Assembly (NCBI GenBank): GCA_958414825.1
Contig: CATYXQ010000002.1
Span: 7,492-71,491, forward strand
Direction: 5' to 3'
DNA length: 64,000 bases
Source of the DNA: an uncultured Eubacteriales bacterium
Lineage (GTDB): Bacteria; Bacillota; Clostridia; Oscillospirales; CAG-272
Shown: piece by piece, positions 46,426 through 54,071 of the stretch
How positions within the stretch are numbered: the stretch's first letter is position 1
Layout: each line of letters begins with the position of its first letter
Notes under the pieces: generated by a model
Told to the model about the DNA's origin: nothing
The model's input: the letters and a program-made list of their open reading frames with translations, nothing else
Databases searched by the model: none
Program-made: the position numbers and the translations under genes

Positions 46426-46482
46426 GAAATGAAGACGTCCCCCGCCTCTAAGGGGCGGCGGGTTCCACTTCATTTTTTCAGC
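46426..46482 (+). terminator. tsaD terminator, also copy B of the 57-nt hairpin element
   Basis: gaaatgaagacgtcccccgcctctaaggggcggcgggttccacttcattttttcagc. Outer arms aaatgaag / cttcattt, GC core, T6 run. Starts 2 nt after the tsaD stop. Confidence 0.75.
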
Positions 46483-46585
46483 GGCGAATCCGCCGTCCAT
46501 ACGTGCAAAGCCAGACGCAAAGCCAAGATCCCGAAATTCACGGCGGAAAGCGCCGGTCGGTTGACTCAGAAAGGACTCGTTACAA

Positions 46586-47299
46586 ATGGAAGAACGCGAT
46601 TCTAAGAAACCCGCAAAATCTAAAGAAAAATCTACGAATTATCACATTTCTCCCGCAGTCATCAAACGGCTTCCGCGTTATTTCAGATATTTGCGCGAAC
46701 TGCTTGAGGCGGGCAGAACGCGGATCAGTTCGGGCGAGCTTTCGAGATTGATGAGCGTGACCGCCTCCCAGATTCGGCAGGATCTGAACTGCTTCGGCGG
46801 GTTCGGCCAGCAGGGTTACGGCTACAATGTCGAATATTTGTATGGAAAAATCAGCGAAATCCTCGGCGTGGCAGACGGATACCGCGCGGTCATTATCGGC
46901 GCCGGACACCTTGGCCTTGCGCTGGTCGGCAGTCCGATGTTCTCAAAGCGGGGCGTCACGCTGACCGCGCTCTTTGACAGCGATCCCGCGCTTTTCGGAC
47001 AAGAGTTCGGCGGACTGAAGGTCTATGACGTGCGGATGCTTGAGGCTTACCTCTCGCAAAACCGGGTGGACGTTGCCGTTTTGACCCTGCCGCGCCAATA
47101 CGCAAAGGAAACGGCTGAGCGACTCGCGCGGCTGGGCGTAAAAGGCGTTTGGAATTTCACCAATGTCGAACTCAATCTCGGCGAGCTCGGCGCCGTCGTG
47201 CAGAACGTACACATCGGCGACTCGCTGATGCAGCTGACGTATAAAATCCACGCGCGCGCGGAAATATCGGACGCCGCGCCTGATTTGGATCTTTTCTGA
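46586..47299 (+). CDS. rex: Redox-sensing transcriptional repressor Rex
   Basis: ISPAVIKRLPRYFRYLRELLEAGRTRISSGELS (winged helix) followed by a Rossmann motif IIGAGHLGLAL. Confidence 0.93.
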   Translation: MEERDSKKPAKSKEKSTNYHISPAVIKRLPRYFRYLRELLEAGRTRISSGELSRLMSVTASQIRQDLNCFGGFGQQGYGYNVEYLYGKISEILGVADGYRAVIIGAGHLGLALVGSPMFSKRGVTLTALFDSDPALFGQEFGGLKVYDVRMLEAYLSQNRVDVAVLTLPRQYAKETAERLARLGVKGVWNFTNVELNLGELGAVVQNVHIGDSLMQLTYKIHARAEISDAAPDLDLF

Positions 47300-47336
47300 T
47301 CCGAAAATTGATTGACAAAGAACGGATACAAACAAA

Positions 47337-48413
47337 ATGGGTCTGAAATTCGATGATAAAGCGGGCGCGCTGCAAATTCCCCGCGCCGCCGCAGCAGCAG
47401 CGGCGGGAGCCGACGGCGACGATCTGCGCGTTTTGCTGCTGCTTTCACGGGCGGAAGCGGACGGCGTGGAATTTGAATTAGCCGCCGCCGCCGCCGAACT
47501 CGGCATTTCCGAGGCCGACGTGCGCTCCTCCCTAAAATTCTGGCGGGGCGCGGGCGTGCTCGGACGCGCGTCGCGCAAAAGGGGCGCGGACAGCGCGTCT
47601 GGAAAAGCGGAGGCAAATGACAGGACAAATGCAAAGACAAACGCGAATCCGGGCGCGGACGCAGCGGATCCAAACACGAGCGATGGCGGCCGCAGAACCG
47701 ATGAGAATCCACGCCGTCTCCCGCCTGCACGGAACGGGGTCCGTTACACAAGCGACGAGCTTTGCCGGATTGCAAACGCCGATGAAAATTTCCGCGTTCT
47801 GCTCGATATGGCGCAGCAGACGGCCGGACATATTTTCAATACGCCTGAAATCGAGATCATAGCGGGGCTGTATTCCCATCTCGGTCTTTCGGCCGAATAT
47901 ATTTTGACATTGCTGAATTATTACGTCAAGCGCAAGGAAAAAACGCTGCGTTACGCCGAAAAGGCGGCGTATTCGCTCATCGATCAGGGCGTCGATACCC
48001 CGGATGCGCTTGAAGAAAAGCTTCGGCGGCTTGAAAAGGCGTCCACGAAGGAGGGGCAGGTGCGCGCGATGTTCGGTCTCGGCGCGCGCAGTCTGACCGC
48101 GGCGGAGGCCGCCTGCCTTGAAAACTGGTTTGGCGTATGGAATTTTGACGAGCGCATGATCGCGCTTGCCTATGAAAAAACAGTCAACAATACCGGAAAA
48201 GCGTCGATTCGGTATGCCAACAGCATTCTGGCCGCCTGGCACGCCGACGGACTCGCCACGCCGGAAGACGTCGCCGCCGGCAAAAAGCCCAAAAAGAGCG
48301 GCGCTTATACCAAAGCGTCCGGCCATGCCGCGCCGCAGAGCTTTGACGTGGACGAATTTTTTGAAAAGGCGCTGAAGCGCTCCTATGCCGACAGCGGGGA
48401 GAAGGAAACATGA
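47337..48413 (+). CDS. DnaD-domain replication initiation/primosome protein (DnaB/DnaD-like)
   Basis: C-terminal DnaD-like repeats (LRYAEKAAYSLIDQGVDTPDALEEKL; IRYANSILAAWHADGLATPEDV). Followed by the helicase-loader gene with an ATGA overlap. Confidence 0.7.
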   Translation: MGLKFDDKAGALQIPRAAAAAAAGADGDDLRVLLLLSRAEADGVEFELAAAAAELGISEADVRSSLKFWRGAGVLGRASRKRGADSASGKAEANDRTNAKTNANPGADAADPNTSDGGRRTDENPRRLPPARNGVRYTSDELCRIANADENFRVLLDMAQQTAGHIFNTPEIEIIAGLYSHLGLSAEYILTLLNYYVKRKEKTLRYAEKAAYSLIDQGVDTPDALEEKLRRLEKASTKEGQVRAMFGLGARSLTAAEAACLENWFGVWNFDERMIALAYEKTVNNTGKASIRYANSILAAWHADGLATPEDVAAGKKPKKSGAYTKASGHAAPQSFDVDEFFEKALKRSYADSGEKET

Positions 48414-49378
48414 GCTATAATAGTGAAAATTACTATGCGCTCCGCCGTGAATTTGAGGAAAAGCATCTGCGCGCCATCGAGCGCGCGGAAACGCTGAAAA
48501 AAACGCTTTGGGGCAAAATCGACGGACTGCGCGAGATTGACGAAGCGCTCTCCGACACCGGCGCGCGCATTATGGGCGCGGCGCTCGGCGGAAAAGCGGG
48601 GCTGGACGGCCGCATTGCGAAAATCCGGCAGGATGTGGAGGCGCTGCGTGAAGCGCGCGCCCTGCTGCTCCGGCAAAACGGTTATCCCGCAGACTGTACC
48701 GACGTGCATTACGAATGCGAAAATTGCAAGGATACCGGCTTTGTGGATACCAAAATGTGCGCCTGCTTTCGCCGGGCGCTGACTCTGCGCGGCTACGAGT
48801 CCTCCGGGGTTGGGAAGCTGATCGGGCGGCAGTCTTTCGACACCTTTTCGCTCGATTACTATAAAGACGATCCGCAGACGCTTTCTCGTATGAAGCGCAA
48901 TTTTGAGACCGTGCGCCGCTATGCCGAGACCTTTTCGCCGCGCGGCAGCGGATCGCTGCTCTTTATGGGCGGCACGGGGCTCGGCAAAACGCACCTCTCC
49001 AGCGCGTTGGCCAAAGCGGTCATTGACCGGGGCTGCGACGTGCTTTATGAGTCCGCGCAGAATATTTTTTCCAAACTGGAGAATTCTAAATTTCATGGGG
49101 ATGCGAGCAGCGCCGGCGACGCCGAGCGTTACTTTTCGGCGGAACTGCTGATTCTGGACGATCTCGGCGCGGAATTTTGCACGGCCTTTTCGGTTTCCTG
49201 CCTGTACAACATCATCAACACCCGCATTTGCCGGGCGCTGCCTACCGTAATCAGCACAAACCTCTCGGCTGAGGAGCTTGCCGCCCGCTACGGCGAACGC
49301 ATCTTCAGCCGTCTGTTCGGCGAATACACGCCGCTGCTCTTCTGCGGACGGGATATTCGCATGGAAAAACAGGGCTGA
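48410..49378 (+). CDS. dnaI: DnaI/DnaC-type helicase loader (AAA+ ATPase)
   Basis: Walker A GGTGLGKTHLSSALA, Walker B LLILDDLGAE, and an N-terminal Cys cluster YECENCKDTGF...C. Confidence 0.85.
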   Translation: MSYNSENYYALRREFEEKHLRAIERAETLKKTLWGKIDGLREIDEALSDTGARIMGAALGGKAGLDGRIAKIRQDVEALREARALLLRQNGYPADCTDVHYECENCKDTGFVDTKMCACFRRALTLRGYESSGVGKLIGRQSFDTFSLDYYKDDPQTLSRMKRNFETVRRYAETFSPRGSGSLLFMGGTGLGKTHLSSALAKAVIDRGCDVLYESAQNIFSKLENSKFHGDASSAGDAERYFSAELLILDDLGAEFCTAFSVSCLYNIINTRICRALPTVISTNLSAEELAARYGERIFSRLFGEYTPLLFCGRDIRMEKQG

Positions 49379-49555
49379 GCGCGTTCGCGGAGCCGTGCAA
49401 AGGCGCGGCCGCAAGCGCCGCGCTTTCGCCGGAATGCGATCGGCATTCTTTGCAAAACGCGCAGACGCAGCCCAAACGCATATATCGCTCTGTCCTGAGA
49501 TTTTCCGGCAGCGCACATTCGGCCCGTCAAACGTCGGCGGGCGCAAGGAGAAAGT

Positions 49556-51502
49556 ATGAAAGATGGATTCATCAAAGCGGCGGCGTACAGTCCCGCCGTC
49601 ACGCTCGGAGACCCCGAAAAAAACGCGGATGCGGCCATAGCCGCCGTCCGGCGCGCGGACGCCGCCGGCGCGCGGATTCTGGTTTTGCCCGAATTGTTTT
49701 TAACCGGCTATACCTGTGCGGACATTTTTTTTCAGATCAAACTGCTGCGCGCCGCCGAGGATGCGCTCGGCAGGTTGCTGGACGCCACATCGGATACCCG
49801 CGTCCTGTGCGCCGTCGGACTTCCCGTGCGGTACGGCGCCCGACTCTACAACTGCGCCGCCGTGCTGTACGGCGGTCGCCTGCTCGGCGTTGTGCCGAAG
49901 ACCTATATTCCCAACTATTGCGAATTTTATGAGGGGCGCCATTTTGCGCCCGCGCCGGGCGAGACCGGCGAGGCGACGCTCTGCGGCCGCAAAACGCCCT
50001 TTGGCGCAAAACTGCTCTTTGCCTTTGCCGGTATGCCGGACGCAAAAGTTGCCGTTGAAATCTGCGAGGATTTCTGGGTGCCGGTTCCGCCGGCCTGTGC
50101 ACATGCGGGGGCGGGCGCGACGCTGATCTGCAACCTCTCGGCCTCAAACGAGGCCGTCGGCAAAGGAGAATACCGCAAAATGCTGGTCGAATCCGCATCG
50201 GCGCGCTGCACCTGCGGCTATCTGTACGCCTCGGCGGGGAAAGGCGAATCGACGACCGACCTTGTGTTTTCGGGGCATAACATGCTCTGCGAAAACGGCG
50301 TCATGTTGGCCGAAAGTCGGCCGTTTGCCGACGATTCGTTTATCATCAGCGAATTTGACTGCGAAAAGCTTGCCGCCGAGCGGCTCCGCATGAATACTTT
50401 TGCCGGATATGAAGCCTCCGGCTATACTGAAATTGAAATTCCCTCCGGTGTGCCTGAGGAGACTGTGCTTACCCGCGCGGTGAGCAGGCATCCTTTCATT
50501 CCGGACAGCGCGGACGAAACCGACGGCCGCTGCGACCTGATTCTCGAAATTCAGTCGCAGGGACTGGCACGGCGTATGGAAGCCGCGCACGCAAAAACAC
50601 TTGTGATCGGCGTTTCGGGCGGGCTGGATTCCAGTCTTGCGCTGCTCGTCGCCGTGCGCGCCTGCCGCAGCATCGGCCGCGGGAGCGCCGATGTGCACGC
50701 TGTTACCATGCCCTGTTTCGGCACGACCGCGCGCACCAAATCCAACGCCGAAATCCTTTGCCGGGCGCTCGGCGTTACCTATACCGAAATCGACATCAAG
50801 CGCGCGGTGGATCAGCATTTTGCGGACATCGGGCAGAATCCCGAAAAATTTGACGCGACCTATGAAAACGCCCAGGCGCGCGAGCGCACCCAGATACTGA
50901 TGGACATCGCCAATAAGGAATCGGGGCTCGTGGTCGGAACGGGCGACCTTTCGGAGCTTGCGCTCGGTTTTGCCACCTACAACGGCGATCACATGTCGAT
51001 GTACGGCGTCAACGCCTCGGTGCCGAAGACGCTCATGCGCTATATCGTGCGCCGCGCGGCTGACGCTTACCGCGCAGAGGGCAAAACCGTGCTTGCGGAG
51101 GCGCTCTGCGATATTTTAAATACGCCGATCAGTCCGGAACTGCTTCCCCCTGCAAAGGAGGGGACGATTTTGCAGGAAACCGAGTCGATTGTCGGCCCAT
51201 ACGAACTGCACGATTTTTTCCTGTATCATATGGTACGCTTTGGCTGTCGGCCTCGAAAGATTTTCCGGCTGGCGCTTTACGCTTTCAAAGGCGAATATGA
51301 CGCCGGGCGGATTGCCGAATGCCTTGAAATTTTTCTGCGTCGCTTTTTTGCGCAGCAGTTCAAGCGCTCCTGCATCCCCGACGGCCCGAAAGTCGGTTCA
51401 GTGGCGCTTTCGCCGCGCGGTGACTTCCGTATGCCGTCCGATATGTCGGCTGAGGCGTTTCTCAGTGAGATTCGCAAAATCCGAAGCGAACTCGGCGTCT
51501 GA
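49556..51502 (+). CDS. nadE: Glutamine-dependent NAD+ synthetase
   Basis: N-terminal CN-hydrolase domain (ILVLPELFLTGY, EICEDFW) plus C-terminal PP-loop VIGVSGGLDSS. 648 aa. Confidence 0.93.
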   Translation: MKDGFIKAAAYSPAVTLGDPEKNADAAIAAVRRADAAGARILVLPELFLTGYTCADIFFQIKLLRAAEDALGRLLDATSDTRVLCAVGLPVRYGARLYNCAAVLYGGRLLGVVPKTYIPNYCEFYEGRHFAPAPGETGEATLCGRKTPFGAKLLFAFAGMPDAKVAVEICEDFWVPVPPACAHAGAGATLICNLSASNEAVGKGEYRKMLVESASARCTCGYLYASAGKGESTTDLVFSGHNMLCENGVMLAESRPFADDSFIISEFDCEKLAAERLRMNTFAGYEASGYTEIEIPSGVPEETVLTRAVSRHPFIPDSADETDGRCDLILEIQSQGLARRMEAAHAKTLVIGVSGGLDSSLALLVAVRACRSIGRGSADVHAVTMPCFGTTARTKSNAEILCRALGVTYTEIDIKRAVDQHFADIGQNPEKFDATYENAQARERTQILMDIANKESGLVVGTGDLSELALGFATYNGDHMSMYGVNASVPKTLMRYIVRRAADAYRAEGKTVLAEALCDILNTPISPELLPPAKEGTILQETESIVGPYELHDFFLYHMVRFGCRPRKIFRLALYAFKGEYDAGRIAECLEIFLRRFFAQQFKRSCIPDGPKVGSVALSPRGDFRMPSDMSAEAFLSEIRKIRSELGV

Positions 51503-51749
51503 AACAGACGTATGCGCAGGCGCAGGTTTTGGTCGTTTTGGTTTTCATAACGCCGAAAATCTGCTGACCATGCGCGTCCGCGTGTGCAAAAATCGCCGCT
51601 TTTGCGGTGATTTCTGACGTCTGCCCTTATCAAAAGGCAGCCGGACGCGGACAGTCAAAGCCGGCAAGGCGCCGGCGCCGACCCGCAAAGACGGGTCGCC
51701 CCCCTTTTTATTCCGCAGAAACTGCGGTGGCAATAGATATTTTATTTTT

Positions 51750-51843
51750 ACAGAGTAGAGCGGCGCGCGTAAAGTGCCGTCCCGACGGGGAGTTGCGGGG
51801 CGGACGAAAGTTTTACTGCGGTGCGTCGCCCGCATCCCGCTGT
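51750..51843 (+). promoter_or_regulatory. THF (tetrahydrofolate) class-I riboswitch aptamer
   Basis: ACAGAGUAG..GCGUAAAGUG..CCGUCCCG-ACGGGGAGUUG-CGGGGCGG..ACGAAAG..GCGGUGCGUCGCC..GCAUCCCGCUGU aligns block-by-block with the E. siraeum THF aptamer as I recall it (GGAGAGUAG..GCGUUAAGUG..GGGAUG..GCGGUG..GCAUCCGCUCC). P1, P2 and P3 pairings are preserved. Lies upstream of folT. Confidence 0.85.
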
Positions 51844-51869
51844 TAACCTTTTTACGAAAGATTAATCTG

Positions 51870-51931
51870 CCTCCGAAAGGAGAGCGCGCCGCACAAGACG
51901 GCTTGCGCTGGGAATACGCTCTTTTCGGAGG
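51870..51931 (+). promoter_or_regulatory. SD-sequestering helix (probable expression platform)
   Basis: cctccgaaa (51870-51878) pairs with tttcggagg (51923-51931), which contains the folT Shine-Dalgarno sequence. The helix extends inward (ggagagcg / cgctct). Confidence 0.55.
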
Positions 51932-51938
51932 TATTTCT

Positions 51939-52481
51939 ATGGAAAACTACAAACGACTTGACAAAAAACGTCTGACGGCTCAAAGCTCGGTCAAATTGCT
52001 TGCGCGCCTTGCGCTGCTGGCCGCGCTCAGCTTCATCTTCGGCAAATTTTTGCAGATTCCGATCGGCATCTCGATCCGCATCAGCTTTGAAAACCTGCCG
52101 CTTCTGCTTGCCGGCTGGCTCTACGGCCCCGTGGCGGGCGGTATGTGCGCGGCGGCCGCCGACATTCTCGGCTGTATGCTCCGCGGCTACGCCATCAACC
52201 CGATTATCACGCTTGGCGCGGCGTCGATTGGCGTCATAAGCGGTTTGTTCGGTATGCGCGGCGTGCTTGCAAAGCCCCGCCTTTGGCTCTCGGTTTCAGC
52301 GGCGCACTTTTGCGGTTCGCTTGTCATCAAATCCATCGGTATCTACATATTCTTTTCAACGCCGCTTGAAACGCTTGTCTGGCGCATACCTGTCTATCTG
52401 GTAACCGCTGCGGCGGAATATCTTATCATTACGCTTTTGATGAAAAATAAAGCGGCGCGTCCGCTTTTGGAGAACCTATGA
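51939..52481 (+). CDS. folT: Folate ECF-transporter S component
   Basis: ATG 51939 (MENYKRLDKKRLTAQSSVKLLARLALLAALSFIFGKFLQIPIG...FENLPLLLAGWLYGP). Downstream of the THF riboswitch, upstream of folC. Confidence 0.8.
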   Translation: MENYKRLDKKRLTAQSSVKLLARLALLAALSFIFGKFLQIPIGISIRISFENLPLLLAGWLYGPVAGGMCAAAADILGCMLRGYAINPIITLGAASIGVISGLFGMRGVLAKPRLWLSVSAAHFCGSLVIKSIGIYIFFSTPLETLVWRIPVYLVTAAAEYLIITLLMKNKAARPLLENL

Positions 52482-53776
52482 CCTACAAAGAGGCTCTTGC
52501 ATATATTCATTCTGTTTCCTGGCGGGGAAGCGTACCCGGACTTTCCCGCATCCGCGAGCTTTGCGCGCGAATGGGCAATCCTGAGCGCGAGCTTCGCTGC
52601 ATTCACATCGCGGGCACCAACGGAAAAGGCTCCACCTCCGCCTATCTCTCCTCTGTCCTCCATGCGGCGGGATACCGCGTCGGCGCGTTCACCTCGCCCT
52701 ATGTCAAAACGTTCTGCGAGCGCATCAGCATTGACGGCCGCCCGATCCCAAACGCGCTCCTTGCCGAGGTAACCGGGTATGTGCGGCAGTTTGCCGACAA
52801 GATGGAGGATCCGCCGACCGAATTTGAACTGATAACCGCCATCGCCTTTGAATGTTTCAAGCGGCGCCGGTGTGAGTTTGTCGTGCTCGAAGTGGGGCTC
52901 GGCGGCCGGTGCGATTCCACCAATATTATTGAGAATCCGCTGCTCTCGGTCATTACCGGCATTGCGCTCGACCACACGCAGATTCTCGGTTCGACGCTGG
53001 ATAAGATCGCTTATGAAAAGGCCGGCATCATCAAAGAGGGACGGCCGGTATGTCTTGGCGTGCTTGCGCCCGAAGCGCGCACGGTGATTTTGCAGCAGGC
53101 GCGGGAAAAACGCGCGCCGCTTTGTGAAGTCCGGGAGAGTGCGCTTCGCGTGCGGAAACTGGACATCGAACATCTCGTTGTGGATTACGGCGACTGCACA
53201 GAACTCGAAAGCAGCCTGATCGGACTCTATCAGCCGCGCAACATTGCGCTTGTCTGCGAGGTCGTGCGTATGCTTGAGGCGGAGGGCGTTTCTATCGGCA
53301 TGGACGCGCTGCGCGCGGGTATCCGCGAGGCAAAGTGGTGCGCGCGTTTTGAAGTTCTGCAAAAAAATCCGCCTGTGATCTTTGACGGCGGACACAATCC
53401 GGAGGGCGTCCGCGCGGCGGTGGAGACCGCAAAGCGGCTGTTCGACGGTAAAATCAACATTCTGACCGGAATTTTGGCCGATAAGGATTATGAAACCATG
53501 GCGGACGCCATTGCCTTGGTTGCCAAGGAGGTTTTTGCGGTCACGCCCGACAACCCGCGCGCGCTTTCCGCCAAAGAACTCGCGGATGTATTTGTGCGCC
53601 GAAACATTCAGGCGCACGTCTGCGGGGACATCAAAACCGGGGTGCGCGCGGCGCGGAACCGTTCGCGCCTGCAAAAAAGGCCGCTTCTGATTCTCGGCTC
53701 GCTTTATATGTACAAGGACGTCTATAAGCACTTCAGCCGCCGGGAAAAGAGCGCCGCGCCGCCGGACGAAGCGTAA
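52478..53776 (+). CDS. folC: Folylpolyglutamate synthase / dihydrofolate synthase
   Basis: ATGA overlap with folT. P-loop HIAGTNGKGSTSAYL. Mur-ligase family layout. Confidence 0.93.
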   Translation: MTYKEALAYIHSVSWRGSVPGLSRIRELCARMGNPERELRCIHIAGTNGKGSTSAYLSSVLHAAGYRVGAFTSPYVKTFCERISIDGRPIPNALLAEVTGYVRQFADKMEDPPTEFELITAIAFECFKRRRCEFVVLEVGLGGRCDSTNIIENPLLSVITGIALDHTQILGSTLDKIAYEKAGIIKEGRPVCLGVLAPEARTVILQQAREKRAPLCEVRESALRVRKLDIEHLVVDYGDCTELESSLIGLYQPRNIALVCEVVRMLEAEGVSIGMDALRAGIREAKWCARFEVLQKNPPVIFDGGHNPEGVRAAVETAKRLFDGKINILTGILADKDYETMADAIALVAKEVFAVTPDNPRALSAKELADVFVRRNIQAHVCGDIKTGVRAARNRSRLQKRPLLILGSLYMYKDVYKHFSRREKSAAPPDEA

Positions 53777-54071
53777 AAACGCCGCTTTTCGTCCTTTTGC
53801 CCTTGATTTGGCAGTGTGAAAAGTGCGTGATACGCCTTGACAGGCGAAAAAAAGTATTGTTTAATAAATACAAAAACGTTGATTTATTTTTGTGTAGGTT
53901 TTCATACCAAAGCCCTCGCGAAAAGGGCGCTATGGTCAGAAAACATTTTGCAGGGGCGCACATCATGCGCCTGCGGGCGGCGGATCGCCGCTTTTTGGGA
54001 TATTCTTATGGCAGCGCTCTGAATACGGGGCGCGTCTGAACAGAAGAGATCGGCTTTCGGGAGGTGAGAAT

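Noticed and set aside
46514-46524. GACGCAAAGCC, identical to the conserved core of the c-di-GMP-I (GEMM-I) riboswitch, upstream of rex.
   Set aside because: The preceding GGCAAA-hairpin-GNRA element is absent: only 4 nt separate tgcaaa from the core. No P2 helix or tetraloop receptor could be drawn, so I take it as a chance match.
46555-46563. CAACCGACC on the minus strand, resembling the 3' pseudoknot block of the c-di-GMP-II riboswitch.
   Set aside because: The rest of the aptamer would have to lie inside the rex coding region on the wrong strand. The homologous position in the other hairpin-element copy (about 24700) does not conserve it.
46491-46585. Searched for a Rex operator (TTGTGAA-N4-TTCACAA type) upstream of rex.
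   Set aside because: Only a single half-site-like gaaattcac is present, with no palindromic partner.
51640-51660. ccggacgcgg hairpin considered as a guanidine-II (mini-ykkC) ACGR loop.
   Set aside because: The loop is GACG in a 3-bp stem. There is no second matching hairpin and no transporter gene context.
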